Below are positions 15,230 through 23,974 of a stretch of DNA of 24,000 bases, in pieces (position 1 is the stretch's first letter; the number at the start of each line of letters is the position of its first letter). Source of the stretch: Cedecea lapagei (lineage in GTDB: Bacteria; Pseudomonadota; Gammaproteobacteria; Enterobacterales; Enterobacteriaceae); contig NZ_LR134201.1 in the NCBI RefSeq assembly GCF_900635955.1, positions 62,124 to 86,123 on the forward strand, written 5' to 3'. The notes under the pieces are model-generated. The model did no database searches and was not told the origin of the DNA. It was given only the letters and a program-made list of their open reading frames with translations. The position numbers and the translations under genes were made by a program.

Positions 15230-16726
15230 TTACACGAAGCGCAGCGCAATCCAGTACAGCCCGCCGGAGAGCAGAATCGAAGCCGGTAAGGTGAATATCC
15301 AGGCCATCAGGATATTGGTTACCGTCTTACGCTGCAGGCCGCCGCCGTCCACGATCATCGTCCCCGCCACGGAGGAAGAGAGTACGTGGGTGGTGGAAAC
15401 CGGCATCCCGGTGTAGCTTGCCAGACCGATAGAAACGGCCGCCGTCATCTGCGCGGACATCCCTTGCGCATAGGTCATGCCTTTTTTACCGATCTTCTCG
15501 CCGATGGTGGTCGCGACGCGACGCCAGCCGATCATGGTGCCGATCCCCAGCGCCAGCGCGACGGCCAGAATAATCCAGACCGGCGCGTATTCGATGGTGC
15601 TGAGCATATCGCCTTTCAGCTTCTTCAGCAGGCGCTGATCGTCCGCATTCACTTCCGGCAGCTTCGCCACTTTATCCGTGGTGTCGGAGATGCACAGCAT
15701 GATGCGACGCAGCTGGCTACGCTGCTCGATGCTGAGCTTGTCGTAGCTTTCGATGTCGGTCAGCATCAGCTTCGCGCGGTCCAGCGCGGTGATAGCGTTT
15801 GCCGGGTGGCAGTGGAACTGAGCCGGTTCCGTTGCGCCCGCTTCCGGGGAAGGGATCAGCTGTTCCGCACCGGTCGCCTTCTGCAGCAGCTCAGGGTGCT
15901 GCTGGAAGTACGTTTCGATGTTGTTCACTGCGTCACGGGTACGGGTGATTTCGTAGCCGGAAGCGTTCATGTTGACCACGAAACCAGCAGGCGCGACGCC
16001 AATCAGTACCAGCATAATCAGGCCGATGCCTTTCTGACCGTCGTTAGCGCCGTGAGAGAAACTCACGCCGATAGCGGACAAGATCAGGGCGATACGCGTC
16101 CAGAAAGGCGGCTTTTTCTTGCCGTCTTGCTTTTCACGTTCCGCCGGCGTCAGGTGAATACGCTGCTTTTTCTTGGTGTTGCTCCAGTAACGGCGCAGCA
16201 GGAAAATCAGCCCGCCGGCAATCACCAGCCCGACAATCGGGGAAAGGATTAATGAAGCGAAGATCCCCATGACTTTCGGGATATTCAGCGCGTCGACAAC
16301 CGAGGTGCCGGTCAGCAGCGCGTTGGTCAAACCGATACCGATGATGGCACCGATAAGCGTATGTGAGCTGGAGGCCGGCAGACCGAAGTACCAGGTGCCG
16401 AGGTTCCAGATAATAGCGGCCAGCAACATAGAGAACACCATGGCGAGACCATGGGATGAACCTACGTTTAACAGCAGATCAGTAGGCAGCATATGCACAA
16501 TGGCATAGGCCACGCTCAGTCCACCGAGCAGAACGCCGAAGAAGTTAAATAACGCAGCCATTGCCACCGCAAGTTGCGATCGCATAGCGCGGGTATAAAT
16601 AACCGTTGCTACTGCGTTGGCCGTATCGTGGAAACCATTAATAGCTTCGTAGAACAGCACAAATGCCAGAGCAAGCAAAAGTAAAAGCCCGGTATGAAGA
16701 TCCAGGCCGGCAAACAAATGTAGCAT
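15230..16726 (-). CDS. pitA: Low-affinity inorganic phosphate (metal-phosphate:H+) transporter
   Basis: From the ATG at complement of 16724-16726 the product is 498 aa, beginning [51 protein letters not shown]... It matches E. coli PitA throughout. The 19-codon upstream extension in the ORF track is not supported by homology. Confidence 0.95.
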   Translation of the reverse strand: MLHLFAGLDLHTGLLLLLALAFVLFYEAINGFHDTANAVATVIYTRAMRSQLAVAMAALFNFFGVLLGGLSVAYAIVHMLPTDLLLNVGSSHGLAMVFSMLLAAIIWNLGTWYFGLPASSSHTLIGAIIGIGLTNALLTGTSVVDALNIPKVMGIFASLILSPIVGLVIAGGLIFLLRRYWSNTKKKQRIHLTPAEREKQDGKKKPPFWTRIALILSAIGVSFSHGANDGQKGIGLIMLVLIGVAPAGFVVNMNASGYEITRTRDAVNNIETYFQQHPELLQKATGAEQLIPSPEAGATEPAQFHCHPANAITALDRAKLMLTDIESYDKLSIEQRSQLRRIMLCISDTTDKVAKLPEVNADDQRLLKKLKGDMLSTIEYAPVWIILAVALALGIGTMIGWRRVATTIGEKIGKKGMTYAQGMSAQMTAAVSIGLASYTGMPVSTTHVLSSSVAGTMIVDGGGLQRKTVTNILMAWIFTLPASILLSGGLYWIALRFV

Positions 16727-16955
16727 AGACGTTACGCCATTTTGAGGACATGAACGCGGCGCATTATGTAAGACAACCTCCACCGCGGCAAAGTGAAATC
16801 TGGACTTTTTTTGATTTTAGTCGCCCTCCGGCGACCAGCGGCAATGATTTACATTTTGTTTATCAATCACCTGCATTTGTTCTTCACCTTAAAGCTGGTG
16901 CGACCAGCCGCAGGTCTTTACAATCCGTTGCCTTAAGCATAGTCGGGAGTCGGTC

Positions 16956-18152
16956 GTGGAAAAGTTTGATGCCATTATTATAGGTGCGGGTGCAGCGGGA
17001 ATGTTTTGTGCGGCGATGGCCGGGCAGGCGGGCAGTCGCGTATTGCTGATTGATAATGGAAAAAAACCGGGCCGTAAAATCCTCATGTCCGGCGGCGGCC
17101 GCTGCAACTTTACCAATCTTTATGTCGAGCCCGCGGCCTATCTGAGCCAAAACCCGCATTTCTGCAAATCTGCGCTGGCGCGCTACACCCAGTGGGACTT
17201 TATCGACATGGTGGGCAAACACGGCATCGCCTGGCATGAGAAAACCCTCGGTCAGCTGTTCTGCGATGACTCTGCCCAACAGGTTGTCGATATGCTGGTG
17301 GCCGAGTGTGAAAAAGGCCGTGTGACGATGCGCCTGCGCAGCGAAGTGCTGAGCATTGAGCGTGACGAGCAAGGTTATACCCTGCAGCTCAACGGCAGCA
17401 GCGTACAGGCGGCTAAGCTGGTGATCGCTTCCGGCGGTTTGTCGATGCCGGGTCTGGGGGCAACGCCCTTCGGCTATAAAGTGGCCGAGCAGTTTGGCCT
17501 GAAGGTGCTGCCGACCCGTGCGGGCCTGGTGCCGTTTACCCTGCATAAACCGTTGCTTGAACAGCTCCAGGTGCTGTCCGGCGTCTCGGTGCCCTCCGTC
17601 ATTACCGCTGAAAATGGCGTCAGTTTCCGTGAAAGCCTGCTGTTTACCCATCGCGGCCTTTCCGGCCCTGCCGTCCTGCAGCTCTCCAGCTACTGGCAGC
17701 CGGGCGAATTCGTCAGCGTCAACCTGCTGCCGGACACCGATCTGGACGGCTTTATCAACGAGCAGCGTAACGTGCACCCGAATCAGAGCCTGAAAAACAC
17801 GCTGGCAATGGTGTTACCTAAGCGCCTTGTGGAATGCCTGCAACAGCTCCAACAAATCCCGGACGTGACGCTGAAGCAGCTTAACAGCCGCCAGCAAAGC
17901 GAACTGGTCGAAACCCTGCAAGCCTGGCGCGTACAGCCTAACGGTACCGAAGGCTATCGCACGGCGGAAGTGACCCTCGGCGGTGTGGATACCAACGAGC
18001 TTTCCTCCCGCACCATGGAAGCGAAAAAAGCCCCGGGCCTCTATTTTATTGGCGAAGTGATGGACGTCAGCGGCTGGCTGGGTGGCTATAACTTCCAGTG
18101 GGCCTGGAGCTCCGCCTGGGCGTGTGCGCAGGCGCTGGTTGAGGGCGGCTGA
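16956..18152 (+). CDS. yhiN: NAD(P)/FAD-dependent oxidoreductase, HI0933/BaiN-like family
   Basis: 398-aa ORF with a GTG start. It begins MEKFDAIIIGAGAAGMFCAAMAGQAGSRVLLIDNGKKPGRKILMSGGGRCNFTN..., matching E. coli YhiN. A GxGxxG FAD motif is at the N-terminus. Confidence 0.9.
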   Translation: MEKFDAIIIGAGAAGMFCAAMAGQAGSRVLLIDNGKKPGRKILMSGGGRCNFTNLYVEPAAYLSQNPHFCKSALARYTQWDFIDMVGKHGIAWHEKTLGQLFCDDSAQQVVDMLVAECEKGRVTMRLRSEVLSIERDEQGYTLQLNGSSVQAAKLVIASGGLSMPGLGATPFGYKVAEQFGLKVLPTRAGLVPFTLHKPLLEQLQVLSGVSVPSVITAENGVSFRESLLFTHRGLSGPAVLQLSSYWQPGEFVSVNLLPDTDLDGFINEQRNVHPNQSLKNTLAMVLPKRLVECLQQLQQIPDVTLKQLNSRQQSELVETLQAWRVQPNGTEGYRTAEVTLGGVDTNELSSRTMEAKKAPGLYFIGEVMDVSGWLGGYNFQWAWSSAWACAQALVEGG

Positions 18153-18166
18153 GCTTCAGCCATCGA

Positions 18167-19036
18167 TTAAGTATCAAATGAGCAGAGCCAGTCAGTAAAT
18201 TTTTTTACTGCCTCATCATGCCTGCCATGCCACAGCAGTGAATAAGAGCCTGTATTGATCACACGATCGTCAAACGGTGATACCAGTCTCCCTGAGTTGA
18301 GATGTTTTGCGCAAAACAGCAAAGGGATCACCGCCAGCCCTAACCCATCTTCGGCCGCCTGAATCGCGGCAAAGGTGTGGTCAAGCGTAATGACGTTGGA
18401 CACGGTATCCTGGCTACCAGAAAACGTATCGTGCCAGCTTTTCCATAAATCTTCCCGTGCCCTAATGGCGAGTTTTACATGGCCCTCTAACCTTTCAGGG
18501 GAGGGTAATGGCCGGGTTCGCAAATACCCGGCGCTACAGACGAGCAGGCTGGTTTCGTTGAGAAATGGCTGAGCTTTGAGACCTGCAAAATGCGCCGGGT
18601 TTCTGCGTATGGCGATATCAAAAGGAACGGAGAGATTCACGGGCCCGATACTTGTCGTGACATCTACGGTGAGCTCTGGATGCAGTTCGTTGAAATCAGT
18701 CAGCCTGGGCATTAGCCAGTGCATGGCAAATGTCGGAAGACACTGGACGGTTAGCCGCGCTGAAGGTGCTATGGCGCTTAGTTTTTTTTCTGCCTCAGAA
18801 AGTTCAGTTAATAACCGGGTTGCAACCCTGGAAAATGCTTCTCCCGCCTCCGTAAGCCTTACCGATTTATGAGCCCGGTAAAATAGCTGCGTACCAAGCT
18901 GTTCCTCAAGGCTTCTAATGTGACGACTCACGGCGCCGGTGGTGATGAAAAGCTCATCTGCCGCTGCGCTAAAGCTGTTTCTGCGCGCTGCGGCCTCAAA
19001 GGCGGGCAAATGAGGCAGAGAGAGTGGTTTTTTCAT
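18167..19036 (-). CDS. LysR-family transcriptional regulator (GcvA-like subgroup)
   Basis: 289-aa ORF. The N-terminal LTTR wHTH reads LPHLPAFEAAARRNSFSAAADELFITTGAVSRHIRSLEEQLGTQLFYRAHKSVRLTEAG. A C-terminal substrate-binding domain follows. It is divergent from the GNAT-MFS pair. Confidence 0.9.
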   Translation of the reverse strand: MKKPLSLPHLPAFEAAARRNSFSAAADELFITTGAVSRHIRSLEEQLGTQLFYRAHKSVRLTEAGEAFSRVATRLLTELSEAEKKLSAIAPSARLTVQCLPTFAMHWLMPRLTDFNELHPELTVDVTTSIGPVNLSVPFDIAIRRNPAHFAGLKAQPFLNETSLLVCSAGYLRTRPLPSPERLEGHVKLAIRAREDLWKSWHDTFSGSQDTVSNVITLDHTFAAIQAAEDGLGLAVIPLLFCAKHLNSGRLVSPFDDRVINTGSYSLLWHGRHDEAVKKFTDWLCSFDT

Positions 19037-19039
19037 TGA

Positions 19040-19054
19040 TTGAGTTTAGCTCAA
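19040..19054. promoter_or_regulatory. LTTR-box-like palindrome (T-N11-A) in the LysR / GNAT-MFS divergent region
   Basis: TTGAG-tttag-CTCAA at 19040-19054 (core TGAG-N5-CTCA = T-N11-A). It lies 4 bp from the LysR start codon and ~85-100 bp upstream of the GNAT start. Confidence 0.35.
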
Positions 19055-19137
19055 CCAGGCGAGAGAGAAAAGATCGTTTGTCAGAAGCATTCTCCACTCT
19101 TTAACATCAATCAAAAGTGATTTTGGGGGGATGCGAA

Positions 19138-19638
19138 ATGTTTAAAATGAACATTAGGGCGGCTGAATATAATGATATTAACGGGATAATAGATATCTAT
19201 TCTTATTATGTTTTGAAATCCACCGTGACATTTGAAATACAATTGCCGAGCTATCAAGAAATGTCAGGCCGATTAGCTAAGGCCCATGAAACACATTGTC
19301 CATTTCTGGTTTGTGAAGTGGATGAGAAAATTGCAGGTTTCACCTACGCATCGCGTTACAGGTCTCGTGAAGGGTATCGTTACACTGTTGAAGGATCTAT
19401 TTATATAGCCTCCTCTTTTCAAGGAATAGGCCTGGGGTCAGCATTACTGCAAGAACTCTTTTATCATTGCAAAAGGCAGGGCTTCAGGCAAATGATCTGT
19501 GTTGTCACAGGGCAGGTTAACAGTCCATCATATAAATTTCATATTAATAACGGATTTACTTATTGTGGCGGCCTGAAAAATGTAGGAAATAAATTCGACG
19601 CGTTTATAGATACCCATTTTTTTCAAAGGGAAATATAA
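19138..19638 (+). CDS. Phosphinothricin/methionine-sulfoximine N-acetyltransferase-like GNAT (PAT/MddA/YwnH type)
   Basis: The ORF has the PAT-family layout: MNIRAAEYNDINGIIDIYSYYVLKSTVTFEIQLPSYQEM...PFLVCEVDEKIAGFTYASRYRSREGYRYTVEGSIYIASSFQGIGLGSALL...GNKFDAFIDTHFFQ. ATG 19138 has a GGGGGG SD 7 nt upstream. ATG 19147 (MNIR...) is an alternative, and the track start at GTG 19117 is less likely. The ORF is very AT-rich; for example 19141-19200 is 17/60 G+C. Confidence 0.85.
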   Translation: MFKMNIRAAEYNDINGIIDIYSYYVLKSTVTFEIQLPSYQEMSGRLAKAHETHCPFLVCEVDEKIAGFTYASRYRSREGYRYTVEGSIYIASSFQGIGLGSALLQELFYHCKRQGFRQMICVVTGQVNSPSYKFHINNGFTYCGGLKNVGNKFDAFIDTHFFQREI

Positions 19639-20817
19639 ATGAAGCCGTTCTATACACTCTGCATCGGTCGTGTCGGCGCATCTTTTGGTACGATGGCGTA
19701 CGCGGGTGCATTGCCGGTTATCAGGGCCGAATGGCATCTTGATGCGTCATCGGCAGGTGCGATTCAAACGGCCTTTAATATCGCAAATGCGCTTGGCTTA
19801 TTTTCGACATCGTGGCTATGTGATTATTTTGGCGCCAAAAGAGTGTATTTAATGTTCTCCTGGCTGGCAGTGGCGGCGCTGTTTCTTTTTGCTTATGCCG
19901 CACATTCATATACTTCCGCCATGGTGATAATAATACTGGTGGGACTGACACAGGGAGGGGCTTATACACCATCAATGCTGCTGGCGTTAAAAATGAGCAG
20001 TATACATAAGAGAGGATATTCGGTGGGTATGATTCTGACGGCCGGCTCGCTGGGCTACCTTCTTTCTCTTTTCATTGCCTCCTGGGGCTCGGCCTTCAAA
20101 AATGTTTCATTTGCCTTTTATTTGTGCTCGCTGGGTGTGCTAGCCGGGGCATTACTCAGTAGTTTGGCGCTGTATCATTACAAAGAAGAGTTGTGTGAGA
20201 CCACCTGCACATTAAAGAAAACGGATAACTCCCGTTTTAAACTGACCGCGTTGCTGTTGTTAGTTGGCTATATTGCTCATTGCTGGGAGTTGTTAGGCAG
20301 TTGGGCGTGGACACCCAGTATGATTGCACATGCGCTCGTAAATGAAAATTTCAGTCCTCTGACAACCGGATTAATCATTACTTTTACTATCCACTTATCC
20401 GGCATGCTTTCAACACTGCTGGTAGGTTCAATATCCGATTATTTTAACCGTACTGCCGTTCTGATTTTTATGGGTGCAGGAGGAGCAATAAGTTCAGTTC
20501 TGATGGGGATGTCCGTTTCATGGGGCGCAGCCTGGTCTATCGCTTTGGCTTTTCTTGGCAGTTTTTTTATTTTAGGCGACTCGGGTGTGTTATCTGCGGC
20601 GATTGCTGATAATGTCCCAGCTGAAAAAATAGGTAAAGTCATGGGGGTCCGTTCTTTACTTGGTTTTGGATGTGGATCGTTTTCACCTTTTTTATTTGGT
20701 ATGGCCCTGGATGCGAGTAATAGTTGGTGGCTCGCGTATAGTGTCTTAGGCTTGGGGGGAATTATTGCCTGTTTCTCAGCAATATTACTCAAGCGAAGTG
20801 AAAGGGCTGTGGCATAG
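19639..20817 (+). CDS. MFS-superfamily transporter
   Basis: 392-aa ORF made up almost entirely of hydrophobic helices (about 12). A central cytoplasmic loop reads YHYKEELCETTCTLKKTDNSRFK. Its ATG directly abuts the GNAT stop codon (TAAATG at 19636-19641), implying co-translation as an operon. Confidence 0.85.
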   Translation: MKPFYTLCIGRVGASFGTMAYAGALPVIRAEWHLDASSAGAIQTAFNIANALGLFSTSWLCDYFGAKRVYLMFSWLAVAALFLFAYAAHSYTSAMVIIILVGLTQGGAYTPSMLLALKMSSIHKRGYSVGMILTAGSLGYLLSLFIASWGSAFKNVSFAFYLCSLGVLAGALLSSLALYHYKEELCETTCTLKKTDNSRFKLTALLLLVGYIAHCWELLGSWAWTPSMIAHALVNENFSPLTTGLIITFTIHLSGMLSTLLVGSISDYFNRTAVLIFMGAGGAISSVLMGMSVSWGAAWSIALAFLGSFFILGDSGVLSAAIADNVPAEKIGKVMGVRSLLGFGCGSFSPFLFGMALDASNSWWLAYSVLGLGGIIACFSAILLKRSERAVA

Positions 20818-20926
20818 CATTTTTATTTAAAGCGATATGGCAGGAACGGTAAATTAAGAGGCCAAATTGTTTTCTTCTTTCGAACGTTGAAAATACATTT
20901 TTAAGTAAACTTGAATGAGGTGTTAA

Positions 20927-21691
20927 ATGGAAAGTTTAAAAGACTGGAATCCAGCGCTGTATTTAAAGTTTGAAAATGAACGCACAAGGCCGGCGATGGA
21001 ATTATTAGCTAAAATTAATCATCCGATGGCCAAAACGTACACTGACATTGGCTGCGGTCCGGGGAACTCGACGGCATTACTCTATGCATTGGCACCTGAA
21101 GCAAAAATAACAGGCCTGGACAATTCGCCAGAAATGTTAGCCAGAGCGCGGGAAAACCTCCCCGCTTGCCAGTTTGAAAATGCGGATATCGCAACATGGA
21201 AACCTGATAGTAAACAAGATGTTATTTTCGCCAATGCGTCTATGCAGTGGATACCCAATCATCAGCATGTTTTTCCACATCTTGTGCAGCAGCTTAGTGC
21301 AGAAGGGGTATTAGCCGTACAAATGCCAGATAACTGGGGAGAATATACGCATACCCTTATGCGGCAAGTTGCGGCTGAATTTGATTGCGCAGATTCAGAG
21401 CGTGAAGCATTACTGACAATCAATGAATATTATGATCTTTTAACCGCTGCAGGTTGTGACGTTGATATCTGGCGAACCACATACTTTCATGTCATGCCAT
21501 CCATTCAGGCGATAGTTGACTGGCGCTCAGGCAGCGGCATGCGGCTTTATCTGCAGGCGTTAACCAGTCAGCAAAGAGAACGTTTCCTTGAAAGGTATAG
21601 CAGCCTTCTTAATGAGCACTATCCAGCGCAAGCGGATGGAAATAGAGTAATGGCATTTCCTCGCCTCTTTATTGTGGCGAGAAAAAAATAA
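20927..21691 (+). CDS. tam: Trans-aconitate 2-methyltransferase
   Basis: 254-aa ORF with SD GAGGTG. It aligns with E. coli Tam along its length: DWNPALYLKFENERTRPAMELLA..., DIGCGPGNSTALL, FANASMQWIPNH...FPHLV...GVLAVQMPDNW, DIWRTTYFHVMPS and AFPRLFIVARKK. Confidence 0.85.
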   Translation: MESLKDWNPALYLKFENERTRPAMELLAKINHPMAKTYTDIGCGPGNSTALLYALAPEAKITGLDNSPEMLARARENLPACQFENADIATWKPDSKQDVIFANASMQWIPNHQHVFPHLVQQLSAEGVLAVQMPDNWGEYTHTLMRQVAAEFDCADSEREALLTINEYYDLLTAAGCDVDIWRTTYFHVMPSIQAIVDWRSGSGMRLYLQALTSQQRERFLERYSSLLNEHYPAQADGNRVMAFPRLFIVARKK

Positions 21692-21820
21692 GACAATATT
21701 TTAATTAATATTGCAGAGGCATTCGTTCCTCTCTTTTCTCCTCTGGGCAATTCAGTCTTACGTGCCTGAATGATAGATTGTGCTATGTTATGCACTATTG
21801 CAGCTATTTGAGGGCTAAAC

Positions 21821-22585
21821 GTGACTGATTATGATGCATTGCCTGAACAGCGCCAGGCGATGATCCACCAGATCCTGACCGAAACGGGCAGGGTGATCGG
21901 CGCCGATGTCGCGCGGAAGCTGGGCGTGTCCGAACACACGATCCGCCGGGATTTGCAGGAGCTGGCGCGTCGTGGCCTGTGCAAAAAGGTTTATGGCGGC
22001 GCCATCAGCCAGTTCCAGCAGTCTGCCAGTTTTGAAACCCGCGTGTCGCAGGATGTCGCCGAGAAATCTCAGGTGGCGCGGAAGTGCGCCGGAATGCTCA
22101 AAGCCAACACCTGTGTGTTTCTCGATGCCGGTTCAACCTATCTGGCGATGGTGGAGTTTATCCCCGAAGAGCTTGATCTCACTATCGTCACCAACTCCCC
22201 GCAAATTGCCGCCGCGCTTAGCGGACGAACCCGAGGCGAGCTGATTTTGCTGGGCGGGAAAGTTAACCCGCTCACCGGCAGCACCCTTGGCTCCGATACC
22301 GTAAATCAGCTGCGCGGTATGGTTTTCGACCAGGCCTTTATCGGCGTGTGCGGGCTGGATCCGCAGGCTGGGCTGAGCGCGGTTTACTACGAAGATGCCT
22401 GCTTTAAACGCGAAGTGCTGAGCCAGAGCAACGAGACGATTGCCGCCGTCACGGCCAACAAGATGTCCCAGGTGGCGCGCTACAAAGTGGCGCCCTGCGA
22501 AGATATTGACGTGGTGGTGGTCAGCGCTGAAACCAAAATTACCGATTTCAGCGAAGTTAACCTGCATATTGAAGTGGCTGGTTAG
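21821..22585 (+). CDS. DeoR-family transcriptional regulator (HTH plus DeoR-C sugar-phosphate-binding domain)
   Basis: 254-aa ORF with a GTG start and SD GAGGG 6 nt upstream. No in-frame ATG occurs before residue 14. The HTH reads RQAMIHQILTETGRVIGADVARKLGVSEHTIRRDLQELARRGLCKKVYGGA. A DeoR-C-like region reads VFLDAGSTYLAM...IVTNSPQIA. Confidence 0.85.
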   Translation: MTDYDALPEQRQAMIHQILTETGRVIGADVARKLGVSEHTIRRDLQELARRGLCKKVYGGAISQFQQSASFETRVSQDVAEKSQVARKCAGMLKANTCVFLDAGSTYLAMVEFIPEELDLTIVTNSPQIAAALSGRTRGELILLGGKVNPLTGSTLGSDTVNQLRGMVFDQAFIGVCGLDPQAGLSAVYYEDACFKREVLSQSNETIAAVTANKMSQVARYKVAPCEDIDVVVVSAETKITDFSEVNLHIEVAG

Positions 22586-22589
22586 CGAA

Positions 22590-22612
22590 ACGGGCGGTGA
22601 GTTGCCGCCCGT
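22590..22612. terminator. Hairpin between the convergent DeoR regulator and HAD phosphatase genes
   Basis: ACGGGCGG (22590-22597) pairs with CCGCCCGT (22605-22612) around a 7-nt loop. Flanking A/T runs are only modest (gcgaaa upstream, attcagattt downstream). Confidence 0.55.
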
Positions 22613-22620
22613 ATTCAGAT

Positions 22621-23421
22621 TTAGTTTTGCAGCGCCAGCAGGCTTTTTATCGTGTGCTGCACGGCGCTTTCATTATTGCTGCCGGTAATAAATCGGGCGG
22701 CGGCCTTCGTTTCCTCAAAAGCATTCCGCATCGCAAAGCTATACTCCGCCTGAGCCAGCAGCTCCAGGTCATTATAGCCGTCGCCAAACGCCAGGGTTTC
22801 CGCCGGGCTGACGTTCAGTAACTGCTGGAGCTTTTGCACCGTGGTCCCTTTGTGAACGCCAGAGTCGGCAATATCTATCCACGCCGCCTCGGACACCACG
22901 ATATAAACATCTTGCTCAAAAGGCGTCAGGGCCGGGCGAGTCTGCGGGCAGTTTCCTGCTTCGTCATAAACGCTGATTTTCACGAAATCACCCTCGAGTT
23001 CGGCAAAAGAGTCCACCTGCGCCAGGCTGGCGTAGGACTGACGCATTTTGTCTTTCAGCCGCTGCGGCACATCTTTGCGGATAAACGCGCTTTCGCTGCC
23101 GCAGGCAATAATCACGTGGCTGTCGCTGGCGGCCTCCAGAGTCTCAATAATCCGCAGCCCCAGCGCATTGTTAATTAGCGATTCGTAGACATATTCGCCG
23201 TTCCTTTTGATACGCGTGGCGCTGTCGCCGATTATCCATAAATCCTGACGATAATCGGCGAACAGCTCTTCTACCCGCTGGCATTGTTTGCCGGTACAGG
23301 CGGCGAAATGGACGCCTTGCTCTGCCATTAAGCGGTGTATTTCCGCAAATAGTGCGCGGTCATAGTCGCCGTGGCCATTGAGAAAAGTGCCGTCCAGGTC
23401 AGTAATAACTAGCTTTATCAT
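22621..23421 (-). CDS. Cof-type HAD-IIB phosphatase (YbiV/YidA-like sugar-phosphate or nucleotide phosphatase)
   Basis: 266-aa ORF. HAD motif I is VITDLDGTFLN. Motif IV region is LAFGDGYNDLELLAQAEYSFAMRNA. Overall colinearity with E. coli YbiV/YidA-type Cof hydrolases is visible by eye. Confidence 0.85.
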   Translation of the reverse strand: MIKLVITDLDGTFLNGHGDYDRALFAEIHRLMAEQGVHFAACTGKQCQRVEELFADYRQDLWIIGDSATRIKRNGEYVYESLINNALGLRIIETLEAASDSHVIIACGSESAFIRKDVPQRLKDKMRQSYASLAQVDSFAELEGDFVKISVYDEAGNCPQTRPALTPFEQDVYIVVSEAAWIDIADSGVHKGTTVQKLQQLLNVSPAETLAFGDGYNDLELLAQAEYSFAMRNAFEETKAAARFITGSNNESAVQHTIKSLLALQN

Positions 23422-23455
23422 GTTGTTATTCCATCGGTAAGCGTTCTGTGGGCGT

Positions 23456-23974
23456 TTATATTTTTAGTTTTGAAACGAAGGGCAGGTTGCGGTACTTGTT
23501 TTGCCACGGCATGCCGTAGCCAATGAGCAGGTCATCGTTGTCCATGATGTAGGCATAACATTGCTCGACGGGGATCTCTACGCGGCCAGGTTTCACAAAT
23601 AAAGTGGCAATAGAGAGAGATTTCGGCGCGTAGTTTTCGGTTAAATGGTCGACCAGGCGTTTCATGGTGCCGCCGGACTCGATGGCGTCATCCACCAGAA
23701 TCACCTCTTTACCCCTGATGCCAATATTGTCGTGGTAAACGAGAGGGGAGCCATTATTTCTGTCGCCCGGCGTATGCGGGCATGAAATGTAGTCCATTGA
23801 AATATCAAAAGTTAGCTGTCTGACCAGGTCGGCGGTAAACAGGATCCCACCGGGCACGACCGTGATCACCACCGCTTCGTGATAGCGACTATTAAGCTGC
23901 CTGGCCACTTTGGTGACGCCATCGGCAATCGTCGATTCTTTCATCACGATGTGTCCTACATGATTGTTTCTCAC
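23456..23974 (-). CDS. Type I phosphoribosyltransferase, diverged hypoxanthine/guanine PRT (Hpt)-like paralog
   Basis: 172-aa ORF colinear with E. coli Hpt. The PRPP-binding loop is KEVILVDDAIESGGTM. The C-terminal motif is LLIGYGMPWQNKYRNLPFV. The central flexible-loop region (SCPHTPGDRNNGSPLVYHDN) is diverged. GTG start 23974 has SD GAGGA 8 nt upstream; ATG 23944 (MKEST...) is an alternative. The gene lies 34 bp upstream of the HAD gene on the same strand. Confidence 0.8.
   Translation of the reverse strand: MRNNHVGHIVMKESTIADGVTKVARQLNSRYHEAVVITVVPGGILFTADLVRQLTFDISMDYISCPHTPGDRNNGSPLVYHDNIGIRGKEVILVDDAIESGGTMKRLVDHLTENYAPKSLSIATLFVKPGRVEIPVEQCYAYIMDNDDLLIGYGMPWQNKYRNLPFVSKLKI

Noticed and set aside
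15386-16252. A 288-aa plus-strand ORF antisense to pitA
   Set aside because: A shadow ORF opposite an unambiguous pitA. Its composition is R/D/G/Q-rich and low in complexity.
16727-16783. A 19-codon N-terminal extension of pitA in the ORF track
   Set aside because: PitA homologs begin [10 protein letters not shown], which corresponds to the ATG at complement of 16724-16726.
16820-16908. Two small hairpins (GTCGCC-ctcc-GGCGAC at 16820-16835 and GCTGGT-gcg-ACCAGC at 16894-16908) and a 9-bp direct repeat GCGACCAGC (16831-16839 and 16900-16908) in the pitA/yhiN intergenic region
   Set aside because: The stems are only 6 bp without U-tracts. A 9-mer repeat within ~230 bp has roughly a 10 percent chance expectation. 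No known motif was recognised, so this is kept only as a note.
16884-17777. A 297-aa minus-strand ORF antisense to yhiN
   Set aside because: A shadow ORF. yhiN on the plus strand matches the E. coli protein from its first residue.
18153-21820. Calling the lower-G+C LysR-GNAT-MFS-tam block a mobile element or genomic island with defined ends
   Set aside because: I found no integrase, transposase, tRNA anchor, or flanking direct or inverted repeats. The only repeat at the edges is the 8-mer TATTGCAG, twice near 21708 and 21797. Only compositional evidence supports horizontal origin, so it is reported as an islet in the findings, not as a mobile_element feature.
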